A DNA stretch of 64,000 nucleotides. Origin: Escherichia phage MN04. The notes beneath the pieces were generated by a model that saw only the letters and a list, made by a program, of their open reading frames with translations, did not search any database and was not told where the DNA came from. How positions within the stretch are numbered: position 1 is the stretch's first letter; every line of letters starts with the position of its first letter. The stretch is from sequence record MT129654.1; one strand, given 5' to 3'. Positions 43,921 to 52,252 of this stretch are shown piece after piece. Position numbers and translations under genes: made by a program.

Positions 43921-44202
43921 ATGATGAATGATAATCATAACCACCCAGAGCTTCTGGCCGCAGTAAAAGAAATTCATGAAGCTATTCGTCGTGCCGAGGA
44001 AATTGCAGACAAATATGAGTCCCATTTTAATATATACCCTGCTCGCGGTATGGGCGGCGACTATTATTCTCCTGGTGCCTTGAAAGCTGACCTTGCCCAT
44101 TGGGAAGAAGATGGTCATCCTGAATGGGCTATTGTTAATACTCATGACTATACAACTGACCTGGAAAATGGTGGTTGGGTGTCCTCTTCTTCTGAATGTT
44201 AA
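43921..44202 (+). CDS. Member 2 of tandem small-protein family
   Basis: 93 aa ending ...ENGGWVSSSSEC; shares EAIADKY/EEIADKY with member 1. Confidence 0.55.
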   Translation: MMNDNHNHPELLAAVKEIHEAIRRAEEIADKYESHFNIYPARGMGGDYYSPGALKADLAHWEEDGHPEWAIVNTHDYTTDLENGGWVSSSSEC

Positions 44203-44211
44203 GGAAATATT

Positions 44212-44409
44212 ATGTCTCGTGAATTAGATTGTGCAATCCGAACTGCCGCCGCAGCTATTGAAAACGTTATCCAGATTTGTAAAGAAGAACGCGAAGAAGC
44301 TGATATCTATATCGATGGTGTTCGTGACTTAGAACGACATATCACGCTTTATAATGGTTGTATTACTATTAGTGGTACCTCTTGGGTATCATCCTCTTAC
44401 GAATGCTAA
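44212..44409 (+). CDS. Member 3 of tandem small-protein family
   Basis: 65 aa ending ...SGTSWVSSSYEC. Confidence 0.55.
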   Translation: MSRELDCAIRTAAAAIENVIQICKEEREEADIYIDGVRDLERHITLYNGCITISGTSWVSSSYEC

Positions 44410-44418
44410 GGTAATAAA

Positions 44419-44631
44419 ATGACTATTGATGAAATCGAAAAACAAATCCGTGAATTAGTACGTAAAGGCCAGTCCGTGGCTGACGAAACAGGTGAAGAGT
44501 TCCATGTTTCCGGACGTGGACAATACATTTCTCCAAAGAATCCGGAATATGATGATTACGAATGGGTCCGTGACGATTACGGTATCCCAGATGGTGAAGG
44601 TTTCTGGTTTACATCCTCTATGTCTTGCTAA
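44419..44631 (+). CDS. Member 4 of tandem small-protein family
   Basis: 70 aa ending ...GEGFWFTSSMSC. Confidence 0.55.
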   Translation: MTIDEIEKQIRELVRKGQSVADETGEEFHVSGRGQYISPKNPEYDDYEWVRDDYGIPDGEGFWFTSSMSC

Positions 44632-44642
44632 GGAATAAAAAA

Positions 44643-44867
44643 ATGACCGATATTGATGAATTAGAAAAAGCTGCCCTTGAACTGGCTGCCCTGTATAAGA
44701 AAGTAAAAGATATGGCTTCTGCTCAGGATTTTGGTGTTGAGCTAGATGATTATGACGGTGAAGTTCGTCTTGAAGATTGGCTGAATAGTTCTTGTTATGG
44801 TGAAGAAGCTGGTCGTACCTTCGTTGCTCGTCCCGATGGTAAAATCTGGTACCCGAGCTCATGCTAA
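44643..44867 (+). CDS. Member 5 of tandem small-protein family
   Basis: 74 aa from ATG 44643, ending ...GKIWYPSSC; TAAGGA stop-RBS junction as in other members. Confidence 0.5.
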   Translation: MTDIDELEKAALELAALYKKVKDMASAQDFGVELDDYDGEVRLEDWLNSSCYGEEAGRTFVARPDGKIWYPSSC

Positions 44868-45088
44868 AATTAAAGAAAAGATATATTCGTAAAATAAACG
44901 GTCTTCGTGATTATGCCAAAGGTTGGCCGTTAAGTATTATTATGGCCGATAGACACCCACGTTATAATACTGAGATGACTTATTACAAAAAGTATGATTC
45001 ATATTGTCGGTCTAAAGCTGGTCGTTTAGATGGTTCTTATGAAGAATATTTTGGCAAAAAACCTACTCGTATTTCGTTAGGAAAATAA
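44861..45088 (+). CDS. Hypothetical basic protein
   Basis: 75 aa; ATG overlaps upstream stop. Confidence 0.4.
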   Translation: MLKLKKRYIRKINGLRDYAKGWPLSIIMADRHPRYNTEMTYYKKYDSYCRSKAGRLDGSYEEYFGKKPTRISLGK

Positions 45089-45118
45089 TTTAACCACAAG
45101 GATGTGGTAGGAGGACTT

Positions 45119-45448
45119 ATGCACAAAGATTCAGTATTCAAATACCTTTTGAAAACAGATAAAGAATTCTATATGAATGGACAAGCTTTCTTGTTCATTC
45201 GTGGTAAACGTGAGATGTTTTATAAATGCGACCTCTCAATGCATCATCATATGTATCATACTCATGGTGAGCCTATACTAGGGTTTTCTGGTGACGAGAC
45301 TAGACGCATAGCTATGTACTACGACCATTTTAAGCTCAATGATTGTGGTGACAACGCTTTGGTCTGGAACCCGTCTTGGCGTCGTTGGGATACAGTAGAC
45401 AACGATAAATTATTTTTAGAATATTGCAGAAGTGATGTACAACTCTAA
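45119..45448 (+). CDS. Hypothetical protein
   Basis: ATG 45119 with AGGAGG RBS; 109 aa; His/Cys-rich. Confidence 0.5.
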   Translation: MHKDSVFKYLLKTDKEFYMNGQAFLFIRGKREMFYKCDLSMHHHMYHTHGEPILGFSGDETRRIAMYYDHFKLNDCGDNALVWNPSWRRWDTVDNDKLFLEYCRSDVQL

Positions 45449-45492
45449 AAATACGTGTTACTATTACCGTACACCAACATGAGGAGAACATT

Positions 45493-45732
45493 ATGTGGTA
45501 TTACTCTCCACTGTCTGATAAGTCTGATGAGCCGGTACGAATTAGTCGTGCTAAGTTTAAAAAGATTTATGGCTTTGCCTATAAGAAGTCTGATTACGGC
45601 GTTCGTTTTGAAGATGCCCACTGTATCAATGACCCTTATGCAGAAGAAATCTCTAATGAGATAATTCCTATCATTAAGAATAATTCTGATGATATGTGGG
45701 AGTTGCATAACGATTATGTTGCTGAAATTTAA
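45493..45732 (+). CDS. Hypothetical protein
   Basis: 79 aa; GAGGAG RBS. Confidence 0.5.
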   Translation: MWYYSPLSDKSDEPVRISRAKFKKIYGFAYKKSDYGVRFEDAHCINDPYAEEISNEIIPIIKNNSDDMWELHNDYVAEI

Positions 45733-45753
45733 GTTTACTCTGAGGAAAATATT

Positions 45754-45921
45754 ATGTATAATGTTCTTATTGTTTTTGTTACTCACCCACAAGGTGGCGT
45801 AAGGCAGAATACTTCCCAAGTGGTCCAATTTTCTTCGGTAGAGGCTGCTAATCTAGCCGCAACGCGTATTGAAGCAAAAAAATCTGAACTGGGTAAATAT
45901 GAAGTAACTCGTCTTTATTAA
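45754..45921 (+). CDS. Hypothetical 55 aa protein (below ORF-track cutoff)
   Basis: GAGGAAAATATT-ATG RBS arrangement identical to the next gene; open to TAA 45919-21. Confidence 0.35.
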   Translation: MYNVLIVFVTHPQGGVRQNTSQVVQFSSVEAANLAATRIEAKKSELGKYEVTRLY

Positions 45922-45934
45922 TGAGGAAAATATT

Positions 45935-46894
45935 ATGATGTTAGTTATTGGTTCTCGTGCACTGCACCAAGCTGGTCTGATTGAAAGTAAGTATATCGAA
46001 AATTCTGATTGGGATTTCATTGCCGACCAAGGCTCATGGAATCACTTTAAAGCCCGGATGTTCGGCGCTCATGTTCCTGTGGATAATCCTGATGTCCAGG
46101 CCTTTAAATGTATGTACAATGGTAAAGAAACCTATTTTGAAGCTTATATCGTCCGTGCCCTGACTAACGTACGAGAAATCACCGGCGAGCTTCAGGACGA
46201 AGATTTCACCTCAAGTTATCGTCTCCTGAAATATGCCGAAAATCATATTAAAAAGGACCGTCTTACGGGTTTCTATTGGGCCACACCTGATATCTGTCTG
46301 GCCATCAAAATGAGCCATCGTTATCTGAAGAATAACCCTTTCTTTTTGAAGACGATGTCCCACATCAAATACCTTCGTAATAAAGGTGTAACCCTGAATG
46401 AAGAGCTCCAAGAAATCATGCTGCAACGTCAGAAAGAAACGTTGAGCTATTCTCATCCTAAATTGGATGTAAACAAATCATCATTCTTTAATGACACCAT
46501 TTATACGCTAGACCATGACTCTATCCACGAAGCTGTGGCATTGGCTGGACGCCCTGCATATACCTTTTATATGAAAGATGGTTCTGAAGTCATGACCTCA
46601 CGTGAGAAGTTTGAAGCTTTGCCTGAAGCTATTAAACTGGCTGGCGTATATGAAGAAACTTGTGTGTTGGCCCTAGAACGTTCACAGGTTCCTAATGACT
46701 TCAATATTTCACCATCATTAAGTTTCTATATGGCTCTTGAGAAAGTGTGTACCTCAATCACTTCAGGCTGGTTCCGCGAGTATGCCTGGGAAAACTACCA
46801 AGCTGTAGTGAATATGTATAAGACGCTAGGTGAAAATGACTACATCAAGCGATTCCAAGATAACCAACATTTAATTCGTCCTTTCACAAAATAA
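45935..46894 (+). CDS. Hypothetical protein with possible nucleotidyltransferase-fold motif
   Basis: 319 aa; 'VIGSRALHQAG...SDWDFI' resembles GS-x(n)-DxD NTase signature. Confidence 0.5.
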   Translation: MMLVIGSRALHQAGLIESKYIENSDWDFIADQGSWNHFKARMFGAHVPVDNPDVQAFKCMYNGKETYFEAYIVRALTNVREITGELQDEDFTSSYRLLKYAENHIKKDRLTGFYWATPDICLAIKMSHRYLKNNPFFLKTMSHIKYLRNKGVTLNEELQEIMLQRQKETLSYSHPKLDVNKSSFFNDTIYTLDHDSIHEAVALAGRPAYTFYMKDGSEVMTSREKFEALPEAIKLAGVYEETCVLALERSQVPNDFNISPSLSFYMALEKVCTSITSGWFREYAWENYQAVVNMYKTLGENDYIKRFQDNQHLIRPFTK

Positions 46895-46906
46895 TTGCAT
46901 AAAACA

Positions 46907-46950
46907 GTATACAAGGTCTATAGGTGTGATACTATAGACCTATCAAAACA
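46907..46950 (+). promoter_or_regulatory. Early promoter module (GTATAC variant of -35)
   Basis: GTATACAAGGTCTATAGGTGTGATACTATAGACCTATCAAAACA. Confidence 0.5.
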
Positions 46951-46972
46951 ACAGAGTGAAATGGAGAATAAA

Positions 46973-47185
46973 ATGAAACTTTCTAACCAAGCAATCAACA
47001 TGTTAAACGAAGTTCGTGCAGCTGGTGCTAAATGTCTGATGGTTAACACTCGTGACGGTGACCTTCGTCAAGCATTTGGTGAATTGAAATCTGCTGACCT
47101 GGTTAAATGTTCAGTTGGTATTGGTAACGCACTTCGTGTATCCTTATCCCCTAAAGGTAAAATGTACTTTTTCAACAAAAAGTAA
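46973..47185 (+). CDS. Hypothetical protein
   Basis: ATG 46973 with GGAG RBS (alternative ATG 46961); 70 aa. Confidence 0.45.
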   Translation: MKLSNQAINMLNEVRAAGAKCLMVNTRDGDLRQAFGELKSADLVKCSVGIGNALRVSLSPKGKMYFFNKK

Positions 47186-47199
47186 TTGAGGAAAATATT

Positions 47200-47886
47200 A
47201 TGAACAGCCCGAAAACTTTTAATTCTCAAGCTCGTGCAGTAGGCGGTTTCGCCGGTAAAATTTCTAACGATAAAATCAAAAATGAAACTATGTTCTTCAA
47301 CAGCTCATTGGCTTTCGCTTTTGATAATGGTGGTCCTATTACTCGCAGCTTCATCATGAACCTGCCAGATGGGTGGAACACCGACCAGGTTGTATTTGAT
47401 TCTCGGGTTCATATGCTGATGCCTGGTTGGTATCCTGCTATCCCAGGTTATCACCATGATGATGTACCACGTCCGGATATTCCGGTTGGTCAACACTTTA
47501 TTACTGCAGGGCAACCTGATTATGATAATCCTCGATACCATTCTGAACATATTCTTGGTCTTGTTAACGCTGATGTGTGTCCTACTTATTTTGCAACCGG
47601 AACTGCGCAATTTAGCCAGATTCCTGAAGGCGAACTTATCTATCGCCAGTGGCATAAAGAAGTTCTGGAAAAAATCGAGTCCAATGAATTAACCAAGTGG
47701 GATGCTCCTGACCGCACATTGCTCCAGTTTGATTGGCAGACATGGCATACAGGTTCTCGTGCAGTAAGTAACGGTTGGCGCTGGTTTGGTCGTGTGTCTC
47801 GTAATACTGACCGTGTTAAAAAGATTACAAATGAAATCCGCGTTAATGCTCAAGTATATCTGGAATTCCCTATGGAGGGCTGGTAA
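47200..47886 (+). CDS. Hypothetical protein (His/Asp-rich, possible metal-binding)
   Basis: 228 aa; 'PGYHHDDVPRP' and 'YHSEHILG'; GAGGAAAATATT RBS. Confidence 0.5.
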   Translation: MNSPKTFNSQARAVGGFAGKISNDKIKNETMFFNSSLAFAFDNGGPITRSFIMNLPDGWNTDQVVFDSRVHMLMPGWYPAIPGYHHDDVPRPDIPVGQHFITAGQPDYDNPRYHSEHILGLVNADVCPTYFATGTAQFSQIPEGELIYRQWHKEVLEKIESNELTKWDAPDRTLLQFDWQTWHTGSRAVSNGWRWFGRVSRNTDRVKKITNEIRVNAQVYLEFPMEGW

Positions 47887-48473
47887 TGGCCCTTTATGAA
47901 CCAGGTTGTATGGGTGTTGATGTAAACTTCATCCGTCGGTCTGAAAATGCCGGAATCATTATCCCAAGTGGTGAGAATATGATTATTAAAAAGTCCTGGC
48001 GAAATATTGATGATGGTGATGAAGGAATTTCAGCCAGTACAATAGATTGGTCAGGTTGTACTGCTGAAATGAAACAACTTTTAATTGAGGAATATAAAAT
48101 GGGTTATATCGTAAATGGTTGGCAACCAGAACCTCATAAAGAACAGACTCCAGACCCATTGATTTGTTATAGCAAAAAATATGGCTTTCGTGCATGGAGT
48201 GATGAATACGACAAATTGGTGAGTTCTAGGTTCTATGTTTGGATGGGTATATTATTTTTCCCACTCCTAGGGTTTTTCCTGACAACAGATAATGACCTGC
48301 CTATTACTGTATTCGCTTCGGCCATGTCTGCAGCTATCTTAGGTCTTATTGCATCATTTTTATGGACCTCTGTTATCGAAGTACCTTTTCGTATTTCTAA
48401 AGTTAAAAAGGTGTATGACGATATAACCAAGAAAAATACATTAAACTCTTTTATTGAGGAATGCCGTAAATGA
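47886..48473 (+). CDS. Membrane protein (hypothetical)
   Basis: 195 aa; two TM helices in C-terminal half; ATG overlaps upstream stop. Confidence 0.5.
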   Translation: MALYEPGCMGVDVNFIRRSENAGIIIPSGENMIIKKSWRNIDDGDEGISASTIDWSGCTAEMKQLLIEEYKMGYIVNGWQPEPHKEQTPDPLICYSKKYGFRAWSDEYDKLVSSRFYVWMGILFFPLLGFFLTTDNDLPITVFASAMSAAILGLIASFLWTSVIEVPFRISKVKKVYDDITKKNTLNSFIEECRK

Positions 48474-48706
48474 GTATTGCAATTTATATTAAATCTGAGT
48501 CGTGTGATTCTTATCTGTATTCCTATGATACGGGTACATCAGAAGAGAAAATCAAAGAAGATTTAGAAAGCGACTTGGATATGTTCCGCCCTATTTCTGA
48601 CTATATGGTCCAAATATCTGATAGTGAAAGTCCGTCAACAGAAACGTGTGTTGAAATTATTATACGAGATATTTTTGAACAATCATGGAAACGAGACGAT
48701 GAGTAA
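48470..48706 (+). CDS. Hypothetical acidic protein
   Basis: 78 aa; ATGA overlap. Confidence 0.4.
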   Translation: MSIAIYIKSESCDSYLYSYDTGTSEEKIKEDLESDLDMFRPISDYMVQISDSESPSTETCVEIIIRDIFEQSWKRDDE

Positions 48707-49145
48707 AGTTAAAGAATTATCCGCAGGTATTTTGTTCATGACCGCCGATAAAGAATTGGTTATGGGTCGTGTAACAGGCTCTCGTAATCCAGAGAACATG
48801 CGTCATAAATGGGACATTCCTAAAGGTCATGTCGAACCAGGCGAAGAGCCTATTCAAGCAGCAATGCGTGAAACCGAAGAAGAGATTGGATTCACGGCAT
48901 ACGACCCTGCGTTCCTGAAAGACCTAGGTGAGTTCAAATATTCAAGCAATAAGAATCTACACCTGTTCTTATATACTGTGCCTGTCGAACACGAGCAGTT
49001 CAAGAATTGCAAATGTACAGCTTACCATACGTTCCCTGATGGTCGTACGATTCCGGAATTCGACGCTTTCGCTTTGATTAAACGTCCGCAATGGGAATAT
49101 GTCATGGGCCCGTCGATGTTTAAGGTTTTAGATTCGCTCTTTTGA
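48699..49145 (+). CDS. nudE: Nudix hydrolase
   Basis: Nudix box 'GHVEPGEEPIQAAMRETEEEIG'; ATG 48699 (track start is upstream extension); directly upstream of e as in T4. Confidence 0.8.
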   Translation: MSKVKELSAGILFMTADKELVMGRVTGSRNPENMRHKWDIPKGHVEPGEEPIQAAMRETEEEIGFTAYDPAFLKDLGEFKYSSNKNLHLFLYTVPVEHEQFKNCKCTAYHTFPDGRTIPEFDAFALIKRPQWEYVMGPSMFKVLDSLF

Positions 49146-49175
49146 TATAAATACCTCCTATAATCAGGAGGTATT

Positions 49176-49664
49176 ATGGATATTTTTGATATGTTACGTC
49201 AAGACGAAGGTCTTGATTTAAATCTTTATAAAGACACTGAAGGTTATTGGACTATTGGTATTGGCCAGTTAGTTACCAAGAACCCATCTAAAGATGTTGC
49301 TCGCGCTGAACTTGATAAGCTTATGGGCCGAGTTTGTAATGGTCGTATTACTATGGCTGAAGCTGAACAACTCTTTAATCGTTCAGTGGAAAATGCTCGT
49401 AGAGCTATAATGCGTAATCCTAAATTGAAACCGGTTTATGATGTGCTGGACGAAGTTCGTCGTTGCGCATTGATTAATATGGTCTTCCAAATGGGCGAAG
49501 CTGGTGTAGCAGGATTTACCAACTCTCTGCGTATGCTCCAACAGAAACGTTGGGATGATGCCGCAGTTAACCTGGCGCAGTCTCGTTGGTACAAGCAAAC
49601 CCCGAATCGTGCCAAGCGTGTTATCGCCACTTTTAAAACAGGTACTTGGGCTGCTTATAGATAA
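49176..49664 (+). CDS. e: Lysozyme (endolysin)
   Basis: 162 aa; '[30 protein letters not shown]...' near-collinear with T4 lysozyme. Confidence 0.95.
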   Translation: MDIFDMLRQDEGLDLNLYKDTEGYWTIGIGQLVTKNPSKDVARAELDKLMGRVCNGRITMAEAEQLFNRSVENARRAIMRNPKLKPVYDVLDEVRRCALINMVFQMGEAGVAGFTNSLRMLQQKRWDDAAVNLAQSRWYKQTPNRAKRVIATFKTGTWAAYR

Positions 49665-49669
49665 AAGCA

Positions 49670-49698
49670 GTTTACATCTCCTAGAATTGTGATAGTAT
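49670..49698 (+). promoter_or_regulatory. Early promoter (GTTTACA ... TAGTAT)
   Basis: GTTTACATCTCCT shared with promoter at 52196. Confidence 0.55.
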
Positions 49699-49748
49699 AT
49701 CTACAGTTACTTGAACAGACTAATTAAATTTACATTTGAAGGACCCGT

Positions 49749-50345
49749 ATGAAAACGTATAAAGAATTTATCACCGAAGCTACTGCAGGAAAGGTCAAAG
49801 GCATTAATAAAGATGAGTGGACCTACCGAGGAAACGGCGTTGACAACCCAGGAAACGGCTTTGACGCTAAAACAGCTCCTATTGAACGGTATTTAGCTAC
49901 AAAAGCTTCCGACTTTAAAGCTTTCGCCTGGGAAGGACTTCGCTGGCGTAACGACCTAAATATTGAAGCTGATGGACTTAAATTTGCTCATATTCAGGAT
50001 GTTGTTGCTAGTAACTTAGACGCAGCTTTTGTTAAAGCTGACAGCGACCTTCGTCGCTGGAATTTAAAACTGTTCTCTAAACAGAAAGGTCCGGTATTTG
50101 TACCTAAAGCAGGTAAATGGACTATTGATAATAAATTGGCTAAAGCAGTCAACTTCGCTGGTCTTGAATTTGCCAAGCATAAATCAGCATGGAAAGGTCT
50201 TGATACAATGGCTTTCCGTAAAGAATTTGCCGATGTTATGACTAAAGCCGGCTTTAAGGCAGAGCTAGATACCTCTAAAGGTACGTTTAAAGACGCTAAT
50301 ATTCAGTACGCTTACGCCGTTGCTAATGCCGCTCGTGGTAATTAA
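49749..50345 (+). CDS. ipIII: Internal protein III-like (capsid targeting sequence)
   Basis: 198 aa; N-terminus MKTYKEFITEA; position after e as T4 ipIII. Confidence 0.7.
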   Translation: MKTYKEFITEATAGKVKGINKDEWTYRGNGVDNPGNGFDAKTAPIERYLATKASDFKAFAWEGLRWRNDLNIEADGLKFAHIQDVVASNLDAAFVKADSDLRRWNLKLFSKQKGPVFVPKAGKWTIDNKLAKAVNFAGLEFAKHKSAWKGLDTMAFRKEFADVMTKAGFKAELDTSKGTFKDANIQYAYAVANAARGN

Positions 50346-50405
50346 TAAAGCCTATACTGACCCTTAAATCCGTGATAGAATACTTCTATCAACTTAAGGA
50401 ATAAT

Positions 50406-50705
50406 ATGAAAACTTATCAAGAATTTATTACAGAAGCCAAAGCTCCTAAAGCATTCCAAATAGGTGTCCAAGGCACCTTAGACCAAGAATATGTTGATGC
50501 TATTGTAGCAAGCCTCGGTAAACAGGGTGTACAAGTGGATTTGGTTGATTTTACTAAAGGTAATACTTTTAATATTGTTACATCTAAAGGCTCTTTAGCT
50601 AAAGTTAAAAAGGCCTTTGGTGTAGCCCAAGCATACGAAATCGACCACTCCGAATTGGAAAATAAAGGTCGCCAGAACACAATTAAAGGTTCTGGTTCTT
50701 TCTAA
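50406..50705 (+). CDS. ipII: Internal protein II-like (capsid targeting sequence)
   Basis: 99 aa (T4 IPII about 100); N-terminus MKTYQEFITEA. Confidence 0.7.
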   Translation: MKTYQEFITEAKAPKAFQIGVQGTLDQEYVDAIVASLGKQGVQVDLVDFTKGNTFNIVTSKGSLAKVKKAFGVAQAYEIDHSELENKGRQNTIKGSGSF

Positions 50706-50801
50706 TAAAGGCAAGCCGGCCCTCTCCTCATGAACGTCGCGTCCTCTGAGTGATGGACCTTTCCCTACCTGTAATAAGGTCGAGCCCAAGTGCGGTAAAG
50801 G

Positions 50802-50830
50802 GTTTACATACGGATACATGGATGAATTAT
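50802..50830 (+). promoter_or_regulatory. Early promoter (GTTTACA, 17 bp, AATTAT)
   Basis: Hexamers with 17-bp spacer, 35 nt upstream of ATG 50866. Confidence 0.5.
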
Positions 50831-50865
50831 GTGCCAAGGAATGGCCCCACAACTAAGAGACAATT

Positions 50866-51411
50866 ATGAAAACGTTTTTAACCGGTAGTTATCTATCCCT
50901 GATGAATGCTTTTGCAAACCATTCTGATGCTAGAGTAGAACACATTTGTAATAGTGGGTTTTATGTACCCGATTCACCAACCCTGTTTAAAGAATGCTGC
51001 ACCTTAAAACTTGACGGCGGACGCCAATCTGGCAAAACAAGGGCAGTATCCATTTTTGCTACAGAATGGTTAGCTAATGGTGGCTCTATTGTTATTTTGT
51101 CTAATAACACGGCGTATGCTAATGTTTCGGCTACTGCAATCCGAAAAGAATATTTTAATAACCATACAGAAAGTATTAAGTACCGTTTGTACACTGATTC
51201 TGTTCGTAGTTTTATTGGTAACACTGCATGCAAATTCCGTGGATTATCACTTTCACGGGTTCTGTATATAATTGATGAGCCTGTTAAAACACCTGATATG
51301 GATAAGATTTATGATGCTCATATAAAGGTAGTCCAGAATTGCTGCCGAGCTCAATGCGTAGAAAGAAATCAAACCGCAAGACCTTTGTTTTTTGTGATAG
51401 GAATGCAATGA
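50866..51411 (+). CDS. P-loop NTPase (hypothetical)
   Basis: 181 aa; Walker A 'GGRQSGKT', Walker B 'LYIIDEP'. Confidence 0.55.
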   Translation: MKTFLTGSYLSLMNAFANHSDARVEHICNSGFYVPDSPTLFKECCTLKLDGGRQSGKTRAVSIFATEWLANGGSIVILSNNTAYANVSATAIRKEYFNNHTESIKYRLYTDSVRSFIGNTACKFRGLSLSRVLYIIDEPVKTPDMDKIYDAHIKVVQNCCRAQCVERNQTARPLFFVIGMQ

Positions 51412-51704
51412 TGACTGATGAAGAGCTTTTTGAGTTCTGTTATTTCTCACGTAAGGTTCGAAGAGAGGACCTTACTGCAAATTTCGAATATGCTTATTTC
51501 TATCCATTAGAATATGTATTCATGTCAGGGCCCTTTAAGGGCTCTCGTTTTAGATGCCATGCCCCAAGCATCCGATTAATGAAACAGGTTCCTTACTTCA
51601 CTCTCGAGTTCATCTCTGGGCCGTGTAAGGGTATTATTACTCGCAGTCTCTTGACGTATGACCAAGAGATTCATATGATTTCTGACTGGAAAAAATATGT
51701 CTAA
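51408..51704 (+). CDS. Hypothetical protein, translationally coupled to P-loop gene
   Basis: ATG 51408 overlapping upstream TGA; 98 aa with internal duplication (YVFMSGPFKGSRF / LEFISGPCKGII). Confidence 0.45.
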   Translation: MMTDEELFEFCYFSRKVRREDLTANFEYAYFYPLEYVFMSGPFKGSRFRCHAPSIRLMKQVPYFTLEFISGPCKGIITRSLLTYDQEIHMISDWKKYV

Positions 51705-51915
51705 ATTGACAATTGAAGGCTCTGATGAAGCCCTGAAGATGTTTGTTGACTGGTTCCACGAACAGGGCGAACAAGGCTTTATGGAATGTTGGGACGGTGG
51801 CCAATGGAATGGTAAAGAAATTGTTTACCCGACTACGTATATCTCTGTTAGTGGTGGATACGATGGCCTTCGTTTTGTAGAATATGATATTGCATCTGAT
51901 GAGGAAGTGAAATGA
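51697..51915 (+). CDS. Hypothetical protein
   Basis: 72 aa; ATG overlaps upstream stop. Confidence 0.45.
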   Translation: MSKLTIEGSDEALKMFVDWFHEQGEQGFMECWDGGQWNGKEIVYPTTYISVSGGYDGLRFVEYDIASDEEVK

Positions 51916-52190
51916 TTGAAGATATCAAGGGTTACAAGCCACATACCGACGATAAAATCAGTAAAGTGAATGCCATTAAAGATGCTGAAGTTCGATTAGG
52001 CTTAATCTTTAAAGCATTAGAAGAAGAATACGTTGAAGCCTTTACATGCTCAGGTGTTGATAAAATGAGTGATGAAGAATTCGACCTCACTCATGAACGT
52101 CTCGCCCAGATTCGTACGGCAATCGAACGCTTGAAAGAAGCCTCCATGTGGGCCTGTCGTTCTGTTTTCCAACCCGAAGAAAAATACTAA
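51912..52190 (+). CDS. Hypothetical protein
   Basis: 92 aa; ATGA overlap. Confidence 0.45.
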   Translation: MIEDIKGYKPHTDDKISKVNAIKDAEVRLGLIFKALEEEYVEAFTCSGVDKMSDEEFDLTHERLAQIRTAIERLKEASMWACRSVFQPEEKY

Positions 52191-52195
52191 AAGCA

Positions 52196-52240
52196 GTTTA
52201 CATCTCCTGTAGACGTGGTACTATAGACCTATCAACTACA
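52196..52240 (+). promoter_or_regulatory. Early promoter module with flanking inverted repeat
   Basis: GTTTACA; CTCCTGTAG ... TACTATAGACCTATCAA ... CTACAGGAG. Confidence 0.6.
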
Positions 52241-52252
52241 GGAGATTACAAA

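Noticed and set aside
45733-45762. GTTTAC ... TATAAT early promoter overlapping the start of ORF 45754
   Set aside because: The -10 hexamer would lie inside the coding start and the conserved TATAGACCTATCAA box is absent; probably a chance match
45445-45828. 127-aa minus-strand ORF across plus-strand early genes
   Set aside because: Overlaps several well-spaced plus-strand genes with RBSs; no regulatory signals for minus strand
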